Positions 62,875 to 64,000 of a stretch of 64,000 nucleotides of DNA are shown here, in pieces. The stretch lies in the NCBI GenBank assembly GCA_001662655.1, contig KV460275.1; one strand, written 5' to 3'. A program made the translations under genes and the position numbers. The DNA is from Pseudogymnoascus verrucosus. Lineage: Eukaryota. The notes beneath the pieces are model-generated. The model did no database searches. It had not been told where the DNA came from and worked only from the letters and a program-made list of their open reading frames with translations. How positions within the stretch are numbered: position 1 is the first letter of the stretch; each line of letters starts with the position of its first letter.

Positions 62875-64000
62875 TGTAAGGACATAGGGCACCGTATTAT
62901 GAGAAGTTGTATATGGGAGTGCAAGTTAGATAGAAGTCGGTGCAATCCTATAGGTCTACTATAAAGGATATAAAAAAGATGAAGGTGTAACCCTGTATGG
63001 CTGTTCCCTTAAAATACCCGAAACTGCTCTAACTCAGCTAGCTCCCTGTTTGCCTAAGGCTTCCTTACGTTATGTGCCTAAGGCTGTTAGTCGCAACTGA
63101 CCCGTAACGGCCCCGAGTCTCGATGGCGCCACGTAACGGCCGTAACTACCCTAAGTAAGGAGGCATCCTTACACTACCCCCTACCTTAAGAAGGTGCTTT
63201 GTCCTCAAAGCACGCAAGCCGAGTAGCTGCCGCGACGAGCCCTTAGTCGGGTTAGTAGGTGAGGTGCGGGCGCTAAGACTAGAATGCCCTTTGTTTGTCT
63301 AGAAGGCTGATGGTAGGCGGCCGTATAGGCACTAGAAGTGGTCTGAATCCGTTTGCGCAAAGTTGCATCTTTGTTGTGTGCGTGGCGATTAGTAGGCGAG
63401 GGTCCGTATTAGTATCGAATAGAGTCCGCGCGGTATGTGTGTCGTCGTAGAATTTCAATGTAAAGGGGAAATTCAGCGCTAACCCAATTTAGACGGCTTT
63501 GTTATAAGCTAGAATATGAATTCGAGCTTCGCCTACAACTTGTTGTTTTCTTCACAACAACGACGCTAACCCCCCCTCCTAAGACTAGTAAGTGGCCCTT
63601 CCAATGGTACAGCTAGATGCTAATAGGTTGTTTTTAGATACAAAAACACAACTAACGATTTAGTAGGTGACGGAACCGCGCTGGCGCGGTGGTGATAACT
63701 TAGGTTGGGCTGACGGGAAATCGTAGATTTCTAATTTAAAGATGCTAGTTCCCCCTCCTCCCGGCGCCCTCACTGTGGCTTTCTGCCAGTAGTGTATGCG
63801 CTGCGTGCGCGCTAAAGGGTGCAAGAAGGACGGAGATCCCGCCGTCTCGTGTGTGTAGAGCTTAGAAAGCTCTAAGTGTGAGCGCTACGTGGCCTAACAC
63901 GCAACGTGTGTTCTAGTAGGTTCTCGTTTAGCTTTCGGTTTTGTGGTTTGTCTGTCTGCCCGTCGCTGACCTCTAGAGATAGATCTCCTAGTTTACTAGC
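62875..64000 (-). mobile_element. LTR retrotransposon family B, copy 2: 299-bp 3' LTR (62875-63173), PPT and 3' internal region; runs off the window
   Basis: TGTAAGGA...TCCTTACA with 8-bp terminal inverted repeat and adjacent PPT. Less mutated than copy 1. Confidence 0.85.
63742..64000 (+). pseudogene. Antisense, intron-containing Cys-rich ORF inside family B element (second copy from 62506)
   Basis: MLVPPPPGALTVAFCQ*CMRCVRAKGCKKDGDPAVSCV*SLESSKCERYVA*HATCVL, then donor GTAGGT (63916), branch GCTGAC (63965) and AG (63976 or 63982). Confidence 0.6.

Larger units (their letters stand above)
48604..64000. repeat. AT-rich, RIP-mutated nested transposon block
   Basis: Abrupt loss of long ORFs, strong TpA excess and CpA/TpG depletion. 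Copies of the same element differ almost only by C>T/G>A. Confidence 0.95.

Noticed and set aside
63132..63160. GTAACGGCCGTAACTACCCTAAG, superficially like an LSU rRNA segment
   Set aside because: Short partial resemblance inside an LTR; no rRNA context.
61583..64000. Apparent ~1.25-1.3 kb tandem repeat or satellite
   Set aside because: Each unit starts with a TG..CA 299-bp LTR plus PPT and the copies differ in RIP load; nested insertion of one LTR family fits better.
25900..64000. Starship element carrying the GAG cluster
   Set aside because: No tyrosine recombinase captain or element boundary is visible; it cannot be supported from this window.

Overview
Eukaryotic DNA from a filamentous ascomycete (Pezizomycotina). 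The evidence is short GT..CTAAC/CTGAC..AG introns, fungal gene families and RIP-mutated repeats; the species cannot be determined from sequence alone. There are three zones. (1) 1-25.9 kb: mostly GC-rich single-copy genes: alpha/beta hydrolase, Cys-rich membrane protein, ChAPs/Bud7 exomer subunit, GH78-like rhamnosidase, a divergent FAD monooxygenase and Zn2Cys6 regulator pair, GH76, EamA transporter, GPI-anchored protein and secreted lactonase. It also holds a collapsed methionyl-tRNA synthetase remnant that the ORF track does not show. (2) 26.5-48.6 kb: a complete galactosaminogalactan (GAG) exopolysaccharide cluster (uge3, sph3, ega3, agd3, gtb3), visibly more AT-rich, with an extra cyclin-fold gene between uge3 and sph3, a 25-bp perfect palindrome and tandem duplications in its divergent promoters. 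(3) 48.6-64 kb: an AT-rich, RIP-mutated nest of transposons: a full-length Ty3/Gypsy chromovirus, solo LTR variants, a pogo/Fot1 element and a second LTR family nested in itself. The most unusual signal is that both LTR families carry an antisense gene next to the 3' LTR encoding a Cys6 (Zn2Cys6-like) protein, one of them with an intron. Exon boundaries, GC comparisons and de-RIP reconstructions were done by eye and need computational confirmation.
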